Positions 46,142-60,000 of a stretch of 64,000 nt of DNA are shown piece by piece. Positions within the stretch are counted from its first letter, which is position 1. Every line of letters starts with the position of its first letter. Origin of the DNA: Octopus bimaculoides (Eukaryota); NCBI RefSeq assembly GCF_001194135.2, contig NC_068994.1:632417-696416 (forward strand), given 5' to 3'. Made by a program: the position numbers and the translations under genes. The notes below the pieces were generated by a model. The model made no database searches and was not told where the DNA came from. It saw nothing but the letters and a program-made list of their open reading frames with translations.

Positions 46142-47747
46142 GGAAAAGAAAAACAAAATAATAAGTGAGAAGAAATGGAACCAGTGAGTGTGTTGGATAC
46201 GAAGGCAGTATGACTCTCCCCAGACACAACAAAAGATTATATACACACATATACAGACATACGTATATGTGTGTATATATGTTAAATGTATGTGTGCGTG
46301 TTTATAGTTGTTGATATCTCAACAAAAACTTTCAACATAGCCAAGAAATTGGTCCCCTTTGAATGATGCCCATTGCTTGCTACTCCAGCCATCAATAAAA
46401 GCAGTGATTGGCCATTGGTCACCAATGACCAAATTGGGTGACAAAATGTTATATAAAATGTATTTAAGTGGCACAAGTACACCACCACCACCACCACCAC
46501 CTGCTGAATGTGATGATGATAGTGTGTGTGTGTGTGTGTGTGAAGCCACTGAATGTGAATTTAATTCATATGAGAGAGAATTGCTGAGTTATGCTGGAAA
46601 AATAAAGCTGGGTGTGTATAAAATAGTGAAGTTTAAGTATGTCAAACCCTGGGGTGGAGCTAGGTGGGGGAATGGGGTGAGAGAGAGAGAGAGAGAAGTG
46701 GGGGAATTATTACTGTCAGACATACAGTCAGCCTACTAGAGACTTTTCAAGGATGTGGGAAGATGACTTAAAGCAGCAGACAGCATCAGAAATTGGTCCA
46801 GAGGGAGGGGGGAGCCGGGGTGGTGGTATCCTTGTCTCTGTCTCCCTCTCTCTCTCTCTCTCTGTCACTCATCCTGGAGAAATTGTGTGCGGNNNNNNNN
46901 NNNNNNNNNNNNNNNNNNNNNNNNNNNNNNNNNNNNNNNNNNNNNNNNNNNNNNNNNNNNNNNNNNNNNNNNNNNNNNNNNNNNNNNNNNNNNNNNNNNN
47001 NNNNNNNNNNNNNNNNNNNNNNNNNNNNNNNNNNNNNNNNNNNNNNNNNNNNNNNNNNNNNNNNNNNNNNNNNNNNNNNNNNNNNNNNNNNNNNNNNNNN
47101 NNNNNNNNNNNNNNNNNNNNNNNNNNNNNNNNNNNNNNNNNNNNNNNNNNNNNNNNNNNNNNNNNNNNNNNNNNNNNNNNNNNNNNNNNNNNNNNNNNNN
47201 NNNNNNNNNNNNNNNNNNNNNNNNNNNNNNNNNNNNNNNNNNNNNNNNNNNNNNNNNNNNNNNNNNNNNNNNNNNNNNNNNNNNNNNNNNNNNNNNNNNN
47301 NNNNNNNNNNNNNNNNNNNNNNNNNNNNNNNNNNNNNNNNNNNNNNNNNNNNNNNNNNNNNNNNNNNNNNNNNNNNNNNNNNGGGGGGGGGGGGTGCAGG
47401 CCTCCTTGAATGACTTGTAAACTTGATATTGGCTTCGTTTGGACCATTTTCTACCTTACATAAATAATATAGCACTCATGGCAGCATTGGCATGAATAAA
47501 GTTTGAGCTTTTTGGGGCAATCCCAATAGTCAAGCCATTTATTTACTTATTTTTTTGTGATTGATCTCTGGGTTGCTTTCATTCTCATAATGCTTTTGGT
47601 ACAAAAGCCTAGTCTTGCTCTGGCAATGCACACGCTTGGACAGTGCTGTTAGTGCTCCACTGGCACAGGTGCCAGTCATCGAGTATGGTTCGATTTCGAT
47701 TTCACTTGCCCCAACAGGTCTTCGCAAGGAAAGTTAACTCTGCTTGC

Positions 47748-47779
<32 letters not shown>

Positions 47780-47930
47780 TAATAATCACATCGAAAAATA
47801 CCTGAGAAATGAGAACCCAGTTTCAAAATTTTCCCAAGACACCTGATGAAGGCTGGAGGGTATATCAGCTGAAACATGTTAACAACAAACAAAATGAGGA
47901 CAAATATCCGTCAAATGTAAATAATGTAGA
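47748..47930 (+). mobile_element. Second copy of hammerhead-bearing SINE (no tRNA head visible)
   Basis: (aat)n-cacatcgaaaaatacctgagaaatgagaaccc...cacCTGATGAaGGCTGgagggtatatCAGCTGAAAC (core 47843-47875); homologous to 34330-34500. Confidence 0.75.
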
Positions 47931-49574
47931 TGATTGATTAATTGTATGTATGTATGTATGTATGTATGTATATATGTATGTGAGGAGCTTTCATATAATT
48001 TCTGTCAACAAAACTTCACTCACAAGGGCTTTGGTTGACCTGGGGCTATGCTCAAAGACATTTGTCCTAGGGATCACATAGTGAGATTAAGCCTGAAAAA
48101 ATATACTTTGAAAGTGAATTTCTTGAGGTGAGAACCATTTCTGCTGCCAGAGTGTAATAAAATGTATAATAATAGTAATTCCGTTGGTAGTCTTGTGTGT
48201 TGTGTAGCACAATCTTTCTAATCGAGAAAAGACCAGAGAATCTACCTGCAATCCAAAGCAGAGGAAAAATCAATATTTCTAGATATGGTTATCATGTAAG
48301 ATCATAAAGTTAATTTGGAAGAGAAGTGAATGCAGTGTGATATGAAGAGGATGGTTTCTTAGCAACCAAATGTTCATATGATTTCATCTACCCATAGAAC
48401 CAATAAATTTAGGTATTATCTACCCACAGCCAACAGTTCTGATGAGAGACATTATCTTCCCCTATTACCAACAAGTCTTTGACTGGGTTTTTTCTACTCC
48501 TGTATTAAGTAATTCTAAGGATATTTTAAGAAATGACGTCTTCTGGTCAGTTTCGTAAGGGGCTTAGTTTCTCCAATAAAACTTAAAGGAGCTGAAATCT
48601 GTGATTTAATTTTATATGAATTGGAGAATTTTCAAGCTGAGCCCTAAATCCTAACTTATTGTAGGCCATAGGGGCTGTCTGAGGCAAATAACTGCAAAGG
48701 AAAAATGATTGGTTGGTTTGTGGGGGATGTTAGTTGTCTGTTCTGGGGGTAAAGCTTGTGTTCATTTACAAACCCCTTCATGTAAAGGATCAGAGATGAT
48801 CATGAATACAGTTTCTGGTTAAATCAAGGTGATTAATGATTGTCTTGAATTGCTGCAGCGAGAGACTTCCAGAAGGAGGACATTCTGGGGTGGAAGAAGT
48901 GAACACAATATGGGAGGAAGAGACAAGTGGGGGTGAGAGAATGCCAGAAAAAGTAGAGAGAAAGGAAACATCACATCATGCGTAAGTGAGGTGGGGGGTG
49001 GGGGGGGGGTGAGTGACTTGGTACCAATCAGTCGGAAATAGTAAATGCTGTACTTCGTTAATGGCCTTTCTTAAATTTGCTCACTTAATTGGTTGGCTTG
49101 AAAATGAAATTAATTTTTAGGTAATTAGAATGAAATTTGGTGAGTCTTCTATCACCTGAGCAGATTCCAGGTTAGTTTGACCAATTCTAGTGAATATAAA
49201 GTAAACAATGGTTGTATGACAAAGAAATAACATTATTGAAGTCTGTGGAATTGTCTCTTTGCCAGCAGGAAGAACAACTACAGAGTGTCTATAGAAATTG
49301 CCTTCCATTCACTTGGTGTGACTTCTTGGTCCAGTTTTTTTCAAGCAGACATGAGTGTATGGTTAGGAAGCCTGTTTCACAGCCATACAGTTCTGGGTTC
49401 AATTGCTCTGTGAAGTACCTTAAACAAGGGTCCGTTACTGTAACCCCACATTGAACAATGACTTGTGAGAGGAATTTGGTTGACAGAAATTGTATGTAAG
49501 TTCACCATGTGTGTGTCTCTCTCTTTCTCTCGCTATATAATATATATGATTATTTTTGTGTGTGTGTATATGTA

Positions 49575-49905
49575 TATATATCACACCCTAACAGTTGAGG
49601 GAACCCGTGGAAGAGGTAGGCCCAGGAAGACCTGGGCTGAGGTGGTGAGGCAAGACCTTCGTACATTGGGCCTCACCGAGGCGATGACTACGGACCGAGA
49701 CCTTTGGAAATGGGCTGTGCGTGAGAAGACCCGGCAAGCCAAGTAAGATCGTTGCCAGTGCCCCTGGACTGGTTCTTGTGCGGGTGGCACATGAGATGCA
49801 CCATTTTGAGCGTGGCCGTTGCCAGTACCGCCTGACTGGCTCCTGTAGGATTTTCGAGCGAGATCGTTGCCAGTGCCCCTGGACTGGCTTGTGCGGGTGG
49901 CACAT
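49575..49905 (+). mobile_element. Young RTE-family ORF2 end and modular 3' UTR (runs into gap)
   Basis: HTLTVEGTRGRGRPRKTWAEVVRQDLRTLGLTEAMTTDRDLWKWAVREKTRQAK-stop, then GCCAGT-N8-ACTGG(C/T) modules. Confidence 0.88.
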
Positions 49906-50309
49906 NNNNNNNNNNNNNNNNNNNNNNNNNNNNNNNNNNNNNNNNNNNNNNNNNNNNNNNNNNNNNNNNNNNNNNNNNNNNNNNNNNNNNNNNNNNNNNN
50001 NNNNNNNNNNNNNNNNNNNNNNNNNNNNNNNNNNNNNNNNNNNNNNNNNNNNNNNNNNNNNNNNNNNNNNNNNNNNNNNNNNNNNNNNNNNNNNNNNNNN
50101 NNNNNNNNNNNNNNNNNNNNNNNNNNNNNNNNNNNNNNNNNNNNNNNNNNNNNNNNNNNNNNNNNNNNNNNNNNNNNNNNNNNNNNNNNNNNNNNNNNNN
50201 NNNNNNNNNNNNNNNNNNNNNNNNNNNNNNNNNNNNNNNNNNNNNNNNNNNNNNNNNNNNNNNNNNNNNNNNNNNNNNNNNNNNNNNNNNNNNNNNNNNN
50301 NNNNNNNNN

Positions 50310-50354
<45 letters not shown>

Positions 50355-50630
50355 TGAAGGCATGTGGCCTAGGGATTCAGGAGTTGCACTCATAATCACT
50401 AAATTATGGGTTTCATTCCAGAGCCAAGCAGCGTGTTGTGTTCTTGAGCAAAACACTTTGTTTCGTGTTGCTCCAGTCCACTCAGCTTTAAATAGGTCTA
50501 CCCTTGCAATGGAATAACCTTCCAATCAGGATGAATGTTGGCCTGCTCACCTAGCCAGCAGGGTGGCATCATTTGAAAGCTAAAACAATGCAAAGCACAT
50601 TGTGATCAGTGATGTGCAACAGCATCCAAT
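50355..50630 (+). mobile_element. tRNA-derived SINE
   Basis: gtggcctaggg...gggtttcattcc...gtgttcttgagcaaaacactt...tgctccagtccactcagct; homologous to 3315-3600 and 32755-33075. Confidence 0.65.
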
Positions 50631-50784
50631 ACTCTGGCCACTCATTTGGTTTTATATAGTAGTTATTTCTATCTATAGCATCACCTTTACCCTTGTAGCA
50701 GTTGGCTATGGTGCTGCTACGCCAGTGATAGGGTATGACTCCATCATGAACTACCTGGTTTACAATACAGATGACTGTATACAT

Positions 50785-50889
50785 ATAAATGAATAAATAT
50801 CAGAACAGAGATTTATAAAGAAAGATGGGATTAACTGTAAAATAAAAGTTGGATGAGTTAAATCTCTGCTCTGATATTTATTCATTTAT
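50785..50889. repeat. Inverted repeat with ~30-bp arms (MITE-like)
   Basis: aaatgaataaatatcagaacagagattta versus the reverse complement of taaatctctgctctgatatttattcattt (28/29). Confidence 0.8.
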
Positions 50890-51092
50890 TGTTTCTTCTC
50901 TACCATCACTATGCATCTCTATAAAGATATTTGGATTTACCAAAGTGAGGATTTACCGAGTATATTAAAGTTAACTAACTGGGGTTCATCTACATTCACT
51001 GAGGTTAGCCAGCATCGTTAAGGGATAAGAGCAAGCATGCTACCCGCTTGGATTATATATCTCCCTTAACCATTTTTGGAAATTTACCTTTG

Positions 51093-51194
<102 letters not shown>

Positions 51195-53059
51195 NNNNNN
51201 NNNNNNNNNNNNNNNNNNNNNNNNNNNNNNNNNNNNNNNNNNNNNNNNNNNNNNNNNNNNNNNNNNNNNNNNNNNNNNNNNNNNNNNNNNNNNNNNNNNN
51301 NNNNNNNNNNNNNNNNNNNNNNNNNNNNNNNNNNNNNNNNNNNNNNNNNNNNNNNNNNNNNNNNNNNNNNNNNNNNNNNNNNNNNNNNNNNNNNNNNNNN
51401 NNNNNNNNNNNNNNNNNNNNNNNNNNNNNNNNNNNNNNNNNNNNNNNNNNNNNNNNNNNNNNNNNNNNNNNNNNNNNNNNNNNNNNNNNNNNNNNNNNNN
51501 NNNNNNNNNNNNNNNNNNNNNNNNNNNNNNNNNNNNNNNNNNNNNNNNNNNNNNNNNNNNNNNNNNNNNNNNNNNNNNNNNNNNNNNNNNNNNNNNNNNN
51601 NNNNNNNNNNNNNNNNNNNNNNNNNNNNNNNNNNNNNNNNNNNNNNNNNNNNNNNNNNNNNNNNNNNNNNNNNNNNNNNNNNNNNNNNNNNNNNNNNNNN
51701 NNNNNNNNNNNNNNNNNNNNNNNNNNNNNNNNNNNNNNNNNNNNNNNNNNNNNNNNNNNNNNNNNNNNNNNNNNNNNNNNNNNNNNGGGGGGTTGTATTT
51801 AGCTGTCAGTAATAAAAATATATATATATTTTTTTGTTTTTATTTTTTAGCCAAAAATATATTTTTTTTAGCCAAAGGTTGAGCTTCACTGAGCAGGCCT
51901 ATCAGCAAAGGCACTCTAAATGTGACCCTCCCATCTATTTGCATATCTAGGATTACATTTTACAATGTCTGTCCTTTTTTTTTTTGATAAGAGAATAGAG
52001 TATTATTTATAGAGAACATGGCTGTTATTTCTACCTGGTCTGGTGACCACATCAAGAGCCTCTCATTGATGCTGGTCACTGAACAGGTTATGTCTAAAGT
52101 GAGAAGAGACAATCACAGCCAGTGACGATGCTGGTGGCTTCTCACCTCCTCACAGCTGCCATACGAAAACTATCCTATTACTAATCTGCTCACAAGTTAT
52201 TGATCCCCTGCACATCCTCATACATCTTATTCCTGACTAATCCACTGGAGCGTATGCACAGATATTGATTTACAAAAAAAACTTGCTTCCTCCTCTTCCT
52301 CCTTCTCCTCCTCCTCCTCCTCCTCTCTGACTTTGTCTCTCCCATGCATCACTTCTCCCTCTTGCTCTTCCACTCCCCTCCCATCACCTCCCCACAGCCA
52401 CTCTTACTTTCTTCTCCCCCCCTCTCTCTCTCCTCTACCATTGCTACAAACACAGCAGTTCTTCACAGATTTCTAGCTTTGTTAAAAATCTTGCAGCACC
52501 ACTCTAAGACTTGGACCAGAGGTAGTTTTAAAGGGTTCTCAGGTAGGCCCTGTAACTTCTCTCACACTGTGCAACAAGGTCCCTAAAGATCTTCCCCCAA
52601 ATATTGATTTCTCTCGAGGGAACACTTTTCCAAAATTCTGAATGAAAGAGAAAAAAAATAATATACTTTATTCCAGTATGACTGGTACTTATTTTGTTGG
52701 TCCCAGAGTGGCCCCATCGACTGTTGAACGCGAAAGTACAACACACCAAAGTAGTTACTATTAAGCTATTTCACCTTCAGATACCTAAAGAAAAAAAGAA
52801 TACTGTACCCCTATAACAACCCTAATTTCTCTAGTTTACTGTTGAGCTTTAATAAATAAATCTTGAACCCTTCTCAGCTCCCTTAAGACACCCTAATTAA
52901 CTTTGGAAGTTCCCAACCTTTGATATTCAGTCTCTGGTCTTAGAACTAACTCAATCCTTTATTTAACTTCCTCCCTCCTCCTCCGTGAATAGTTCGTTAT
53001 AAATTAGCTTTGATTATAGGGAACCCAACCATTGGTTGGATGTATTGAAGATGTTAGGA

Positions 53060-53746
53060 CTGGCAAGGGATTATATGCGGAACTTGGACAGATCACTGGT
53101 ACAGTCACGTGTTATGTATGGATGAGGAAAGTTGTGTGAGGAAGTGCCACACCCTAACTGTGGAAGAAGTAGACCCAAGAATACATGAGACGAGATGGTG
53201 AAGAATGACCTTCGAACACTGGGCCTCACATAGGCAATGACAGGAGACCGAGACCTTTGGATATATGCTGTGATTGAGAAGACCCAGCAACTAAAGTGAC
53301 ATTGCAGCCATGGCCAATGCCAGTGTTAGATGTCCAGCCCATTTAAAAGTACCCCTGATGCGTCGGGCGATATATGTTTGAGAAGACCTGTTAAGTCAAG
53401 TAGAACTGAAATCGTAGCTGTAGCCACTGACCCCTGGCTGGTTCCCGTTCCAGTAGCACATAAAATGCATCATCTGAATGTGGGCAATGCCAGGTCCACC
53501 CGACTGGCTCCCATGCCAGTGGCACATAAAAAGCACCAACTGAACATGGTCGATGCCAGGCCTGCTTGAATGGCTACAGTATACCTGTGGCATGTAAAAA
53601 GCACCCACCACACTCTCGGAGTGTTAGGAAGGGCATCCAGATGTAGAAACATTGCCAGATCAGATTGGAGCCTGGTGCAGCCACTCAGTCAAACTGTTCA
53701 AACCCATGCCAGCATGGAAAACAGACGTTAAATGATGATGATGATG
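53060..53746 (+). mobile_element. RTE-family ORF2 end, 3' UTR and (GAT)n tail
   Basis: gtagacccaagaatacatgagacgagatggtgaagaatgacc...gagaagaccc...aaaagcaccc...(gat)n. Confidence 0.8.
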
Positions 53747-53748
53747 TA

Positions 53749-53893
53749 TATAATCAAACTAAGCAACAGGGTATCAAGTAGTAATGCAGTACGACTGTTT
53801 CAAGCGGCTCCAATTAATTGAATTCAATTCAATTAAATGGAGTTGCTTGAAACAATCGTACTTCTTGATACGCCATTGCTTAGTTTTATTCTA
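53749..53893. repeat. ~140-bp nested imperfect palindrome
   Basis: Outer arms 18/22, inner arms 22/25, central ttaattgaa-ttcaa-ttcaattaa. Confidence 0.8.
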
Positions 53894-56800
53894 TTCATCT
53901 TTAAGCTGTGCAGATAAAACCGGACTGATTTGCTGGTTCAACTTAAGTACCTAATTCAACTGAATCTCAATTATTTCTTATATATGTGTGTGTGTGTATA
54001 TATATATATATATAGAGAGAGGGGGGGAAGAGAGGGAAAGAGAGAGAGTATCAGTGTATTATTGTTTAGTGAGGTGATTTGTAGAAAATGGGTGGAGGGG
54101 GGGAGCAATGATTGAGACTGAATTATTCTGAAGACAAAATTCCTGCTGCATTATTTACATTTCTTTATGTTTTCAGCTGAAATCTATCCAAGGACTAATT
54201 TGCCATTTCCCCTTCTAAGGTCAATAAAATAAAGTACCAGCCATGTATTGGGGTTGGTTCAGTGTTCTTGATGGGAATGGTATTATAAAAAAAGGACACA
54301 AGATTTAGTTTTATGATGATGAAGATTTTTTTACTCTGTAGGATCTGCTTACACTGAACTCCCTCCCTTTTTATTCAAATTAACCCTAGGACTTATCTTT
54401 AGTTTGTTGACCCCCAGAATGTGTATACATTACAAAACATTAAGGGCTGTAGGATTAAAGACCCTGCTGCTAATTCCTTCATGGTTTTAGGCTTGATTGC
54501 ACTGTGAGAGATACCCTGGGCAAGTGTTGTTGCCTACCACAGAGTTGGGTTGACCAAAGTGTTTGTGAGTGGAATTTGATTGAGAGAAACTGTGGAACTT
54601 GAATGAAGGTGCTATTTTTATTCTTGATGGTCAGCTTAACCTGTCTCTTTTAACAACCCTAACTGGTCATCAGGTACCTTTTGCAGATTCTGCTCTTTTG
54701 CAAGCATTTAGGTCAGGTCTTTAACCTTTCTTCTCCCTCAGTCTCTCTGAAGATGGTCAAAGGGGCTCCCCTTTGTTTTCTCCCTAAAACATTTAAAAAG
54801 ACATGTGTCTGGTGCTCTGCCATTTCTGCCAGCCACTGTTTTGTTCTAGCAACAACATAATACTTTTGTATGGAAGTGTAAATGCGTGATGCTTATGGGC
54901 TTGAGTATACATAGGATGTTCATAGAAGGATGGTCCCCAGGAATAAGTGGGGAATTCATACACCTACCCACTACCCTTTCCATTGGAAGTATAAAAACCA
55001 GCACTGTTATCGGCAATGTGTTTCTTCTTGTCAGACATTAACACTTAACTTTCACCTGAAACAAGAAATAAACTTCCAGTTAAAATTAAACATGGTTTGG
55101 ACAAACACTGCACAGAAACAATGAAATATTTTGTTTTAAATAGAATTTTAAAGGGTATGTATGTAATGTATATATGTAATGAATGTATATATGTATGTAA
55201 TGTATGTATATAATGTATATATGCATATATATGTGTATGTCTCTTTCTATGTAATGTATGTACTTATGTATGCATATATGTGTGTAAATTATAGATTATG
55301 TTTCCTTATTTAAAAATTCAATTATTTACAACAAATACAATTTACTTCCATTTTCGTTGCTGTCTTTCTCCCATTCTCCTCATTCCATTTGTTTTCAAGT
55401 TTCTCTTCATCATCACAATATTGCTAGAACCTAAAAAAATATGCAAACTACTTCAGTATAAATATCACTTCTTCATTTTCTTCTCCCATTATTTCCCACT
55501 GAGAAAATATTCTGTAAATTCAATTAATGTAGTTGTATATATGTGACAATAAAAACCAATTGAGGAAAGTTTCCAAGAGGAATAGAAAACTGCTTAAGAT
55601 GGTAAACATTGGAGTAATTGTGAGAAATTCTTGCAGCCATAAATATAAGATGTCAAATTGAAATGAAAAAAATGGAATATACTGGCAAGGTTTTAGGATG
55701 TTTGTAGCTTTTAGATATAGTTTCTGTCAAAATTTTACTTGGAATATAAAATTATTAATGCTATGTATATTGTAAAAACAATATGCTGTTTTTGTGATTG
55801 AGGGTTGTTGGAGAGGAGGAAGTGATGTAGTTCATCTCTAACTTTAATGGAAGACACTAAATAAATGTTTAATTGGATTGAAAGTCTCTCAGATCTGACA
55901 GACAGAGATGAGTGAAGTCTGACAAAAGCAATGTCTAAATAGATGTTGATCAGAGAAAGATTTATAAAGTTTCACAGAATTATTATCATTAACATCACCA
56001 TGATAGTTGGATGGGTCTTCTCCCACACAGCATCCTTTGGTGATGGCCTACTTGAGATTCTATATTCTAGAGGTTTTTTTCTTACTTCTTCCCAAACTTC
56101 CTCTTCTGCAGCTTCCTTCCACTTGGATTGCCTGTTATTTCTTTCTCCAACTGACATCCTCTGTACACATTATATCTGTACCAACTGCCTTCTCTCTTCT
56201 GCACTACATCTCATCTCTCTGATACCTGCTTTGTCTCTCAACTCATTTGTGATTCCTCATTTACCCACATTGCCATTCCATATGCAGTGATGCATGCTGG
56301 CCTCACTTCAGTTTATCTATTACTCATCTTCTACATTCAAAGCTCACCTTTTCTCTACTATACAATTGAAATATTAATCTTGACAATGGAAATTCATTAA
56401 GATTCAAACAGACAGAAAGAAAGATTATTTAAAAAATGGAAACTGTTTCAGATATACTGTGGAAATAACTCAGTGTGGAAATATTTATTGTGTAGTCAGT
56501 CAGGCATCACTGATGTCACACTTGATGAACATCATAACAAACCAAGTGAAAGCAGTGTGAAACAGAATACTTCTCTCACAAGTCACAGAAATCTGGTGCA
56601 AGAAGTTACGGGCTATGCCCTTGTTTCTCTGATTAAATTTTAAAATATTCTTTAAATATAAAACTGAGAAAAAAATTATAATTTTCATAGATTCCAGTAA
56701 AAATTGATTGAAACTTTAATGTTTGACCGCTGAAATCTTCAAGTTTTTTTCATTGTCTCTCTGTTTATTTTCTCTTATTCTTTTCTGTTGAAGAGCGTAG

Positions 56801-57204
56801 GCTCAAAACGTATGAGACTTTTTCATTTTCCCAAGCATCAAACTTATACACCTGCTTGTTGTTCACCTGTCTTTGGCTTTTGTTTTTCTATAAATTTCAA
56901 CTGTACATATATATATATATATATATGACTGTATTGAGCTAACTATTGGATGTTGTTATACACCACTGATCCCAATGCACTTCCTCATATTATAGCTTTC
57001 AAATGATGTCACTCCACTGGCTGGGTGAGCAAGCCAACAGTCCCCCTAAAGAAAACGATGGCAGTTGGTAGCATGGTTCCCCATTTACAGTTGAGTGAAC
57101 TGGGCAACACGAAAGGAATTGTTTTACTCAAGAAAACAATGTACCTCTGGTGTCTGGAAACAAAAACCAGCATCTTGTAATCATGAGTACAACACTGAAA
57201 CCAC

Positions 57205-57370
57205 GGGGCCTTGCAACACCCCTACGAGTACTGACATTAGAAAGGGTATCCAGTTATAGAAACCAAGCCAAAACAGACTATGGAACCTGGTGCAGCCCCT
57301 GGCCTTGTCACACATGGAAACCCTTGCCAGAATGGAAAAGGGACGTTGAATGTTGATGATGATGATGATG
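57205..57370 (+). mobile_element. Diverged RTE-family 3' tail copy
   Basis: cattagaaagggtatccagttatagaaacc...ggaaaagggacgttgaatgtt(gat)n. Confidence 0.65.
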
Positions 57371-57677
57371 ATTATGATATATATATATGTCCTTCCGTTT
57401 TTCAAGAGTAGACCACTGAATGCAGTTGGACACGCACTGGCCGAACCTGGAACGACACCAGTTGACAACGTCTCCACTTGTCACCATTCACCGATCAGAA
57501 ACGGGAAGTTCAGAGTCGTCATCAGAATTTACAACTTATAAGACAGTAGGATAACTCTTCAGAATAAATATGCAATGCTCTTTCTTTTCCTTCTTCTTTA
57601 TGCAATTCTTTGTGTCAGAACACAGGTGCACACACACATACATAATACATATATGTATGCGAGTATATATATATATA

Positions 57678-57714
<37 letters not shown>

Positions 57715-58466
57715 ATATATATATACACACACACACACATACACATACATGTGTATGATGTGTATGTGCGCGCGCGCGCGTATGCGTGCTTGTAGGCGCA
57801 GACGGTCCAGTCTGGAACATCAACAACAAGTTTAGAGTAGCAAAGATTCGACAGTTTCACTAGCAATTTCTCTGTTCCTGAAAAGCGAAAACCCCAGCCT
57901 ACAAGAAAGCTTTAATGCTTAAAGCACATCGGCGCCTGCAATTTGAAGCTTGACCCTTGTGCTTTAGTTATCTCCCCTTAACTGTTATGTAATCCAAGCT
58001 GTCTGCCAGGGCTTACGTAATAACCCAGAACAACGTGACACAGATAAGCACTGACTGGAGTCTCCTCGTTTTTACTTTGCACAACTTGTTTCTCTCTCAC
58101 TATTTACCAACGAGAGCTGACCTAATATTCCGTGTCAATACTAGCATTTTAAAGACTGCTGCCAGCCGCACATTCTTCACAATTAACACACTTTCTATAA
58201 TGATAATTAAAATATAAGTATTGATGATTAAATTTGCTTTTATGCAATCAATCATTCTTAATTTTATATATTAAGTTATTGAGAAATTGTTATAAGTTTA
58301 TACACAGATAACCACCGGTACAGACACACACACATACAAACATTTGCACACACACGCACACACACACGCACGCAGGCACGCACACACGCACCTACGAATA
58401 TCACACACACACACACACGGACGCGCGCGCGCACGCACACATGAATACATATATTCGTGTGCGTGC

Positions 58467-58507
<41 letters not shown>

Positions 58508-59539
58508 TGTGTAGATGGAATTTGGGCAGAAAATTGTTTCAAAATATGTATGGCAATATATGACTTAGCCCCTTTTCCTGTCGCAATTCTTGGTGAAGCT
58601 GGTTTTGAGGCTGCTGACGGGGATAAGGGCCCCAAGTACCGATTGCAGTCATGTGGGGTTAAGCATTTCCTTTGGCAACCACGAACTTTTCTGGTTCAGG
58701 CCAATTGTTTTCCATCTTGAGTTGATCAAACCTTGTGGAATGGAATTTAGTAGATGGAAACTGTGTGGAAGCTTGTCAAGGTGACTGAATGTGTGATTGA
58801 GTGGTGAACTTCATCTCTTACTCAATTCAACATATCAGCTGGGCTTCGGGTACCTTTTGTCGTGTCTACCCTGTCATTTGTTTTCAGGCCAGATCTGAGC
58901 GTAATTTTGTCCTTTCCTCCCATAAGTCTTCAAAACTCAGAAAAGGTCTCCAAAACATTATACTTCCTCCTGTAAGTCTTATAAAAAAATTTGTCCTGCT
59001 CCTTATCCAATGAAGGTTAAGCTATTGGAAGGACCCATCTGGCATGATGATCAATGTTAAGGGTGAAAAAGAGTCGGAATGAAGGATCTAGATAAAGGGT
59101 CTAGATGCATGAATTAGAAATCTCAGGGCTTCAGAGATTCCATTGCTACTCTGAAAAGTTAAAATTAAGTCCTTGGAGCAATGTCATTAATTAACGACCA
59201 ATTAATTATTGATGACATTCCAGCAGTGGACATCTCATCCTATTTATGTATTTGCATCAAGTGATGCCAATCTGTAATTGTGGAGGGAACATGTGGAAGG
59301 GGTAGGCCCAGGAAGACATGGGACGAGACGGTGAGAAAGGATCAACAGATGTTGGGACTCACAGAGGGGACTGACGCTCTTGGCAGTTTGTTGTGCTTGA
59401 GAAAAGTGTGCTTTCTCATTTAGCCTCAGGTCAGCCCTATTGAGCAGATCCTTGTTCAAAAGTATTCCAGCTGTGACCATCTCATCTTATTCAGACTAAG
59501 GTCTGAGATCTTCCTACATTGCAAGGTGCACAAGGTAGC

Positions 59540-60000
59540 AAGTTTTTTTCTACAGTTGTCAATCTGCTGTAGTTTTCTCCTTCTCTTGCCCGTTTGGTGA
59601 TCTTCCTGGAATATTTGGAACAAGTTGTTCTGGATCCAGACCATTCTTCATTTTTCTTCTTCTCCTACTTTTCACATTATTACAGTCTTTGTATCCCAAA
59701 TGGATGACAGCTTCTACTGATGCAGCAACCCATTAGTTCGCAGTGACTGCAACTTCCTTTGAAGAAAAATGTTTTCATTTATGATTTCTCTCTTGCCAAG
59801 TGACTTTGAAAATCTTCTGTAAGCATTGTTGATGGAATGTGTCCAGCCTGTTGGCCACTTTTAATGTTATTTTCCAGGTTACTGCCAGACATGATTATAG
59901 CAATGTAAAACCAAACCTTTGATGCTTGTTACTTTTCCAGATACAATATGTCACAATATCGCTCTTGCCAAGTTTGTTGTTTGTGTCATTTTCACAAAGC
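59540..60000 (-). mobile_element. RTE LINE ORF2 C-terminal relic
   Basis: Reverse translation TWKITLKVANRLDTFHQQCLQKIFKVTWQER resembles ETW...LDxFHxRCLRRILxIxWxDR. Confidence 0.7.

Noticed and set aside
55943-56290. 115-aa ORF and antisense ORF
   Set aside because: Contains a degenerate RTE end (gctgtgtgggagaagaccc on the minus strand); no host-gene signal.
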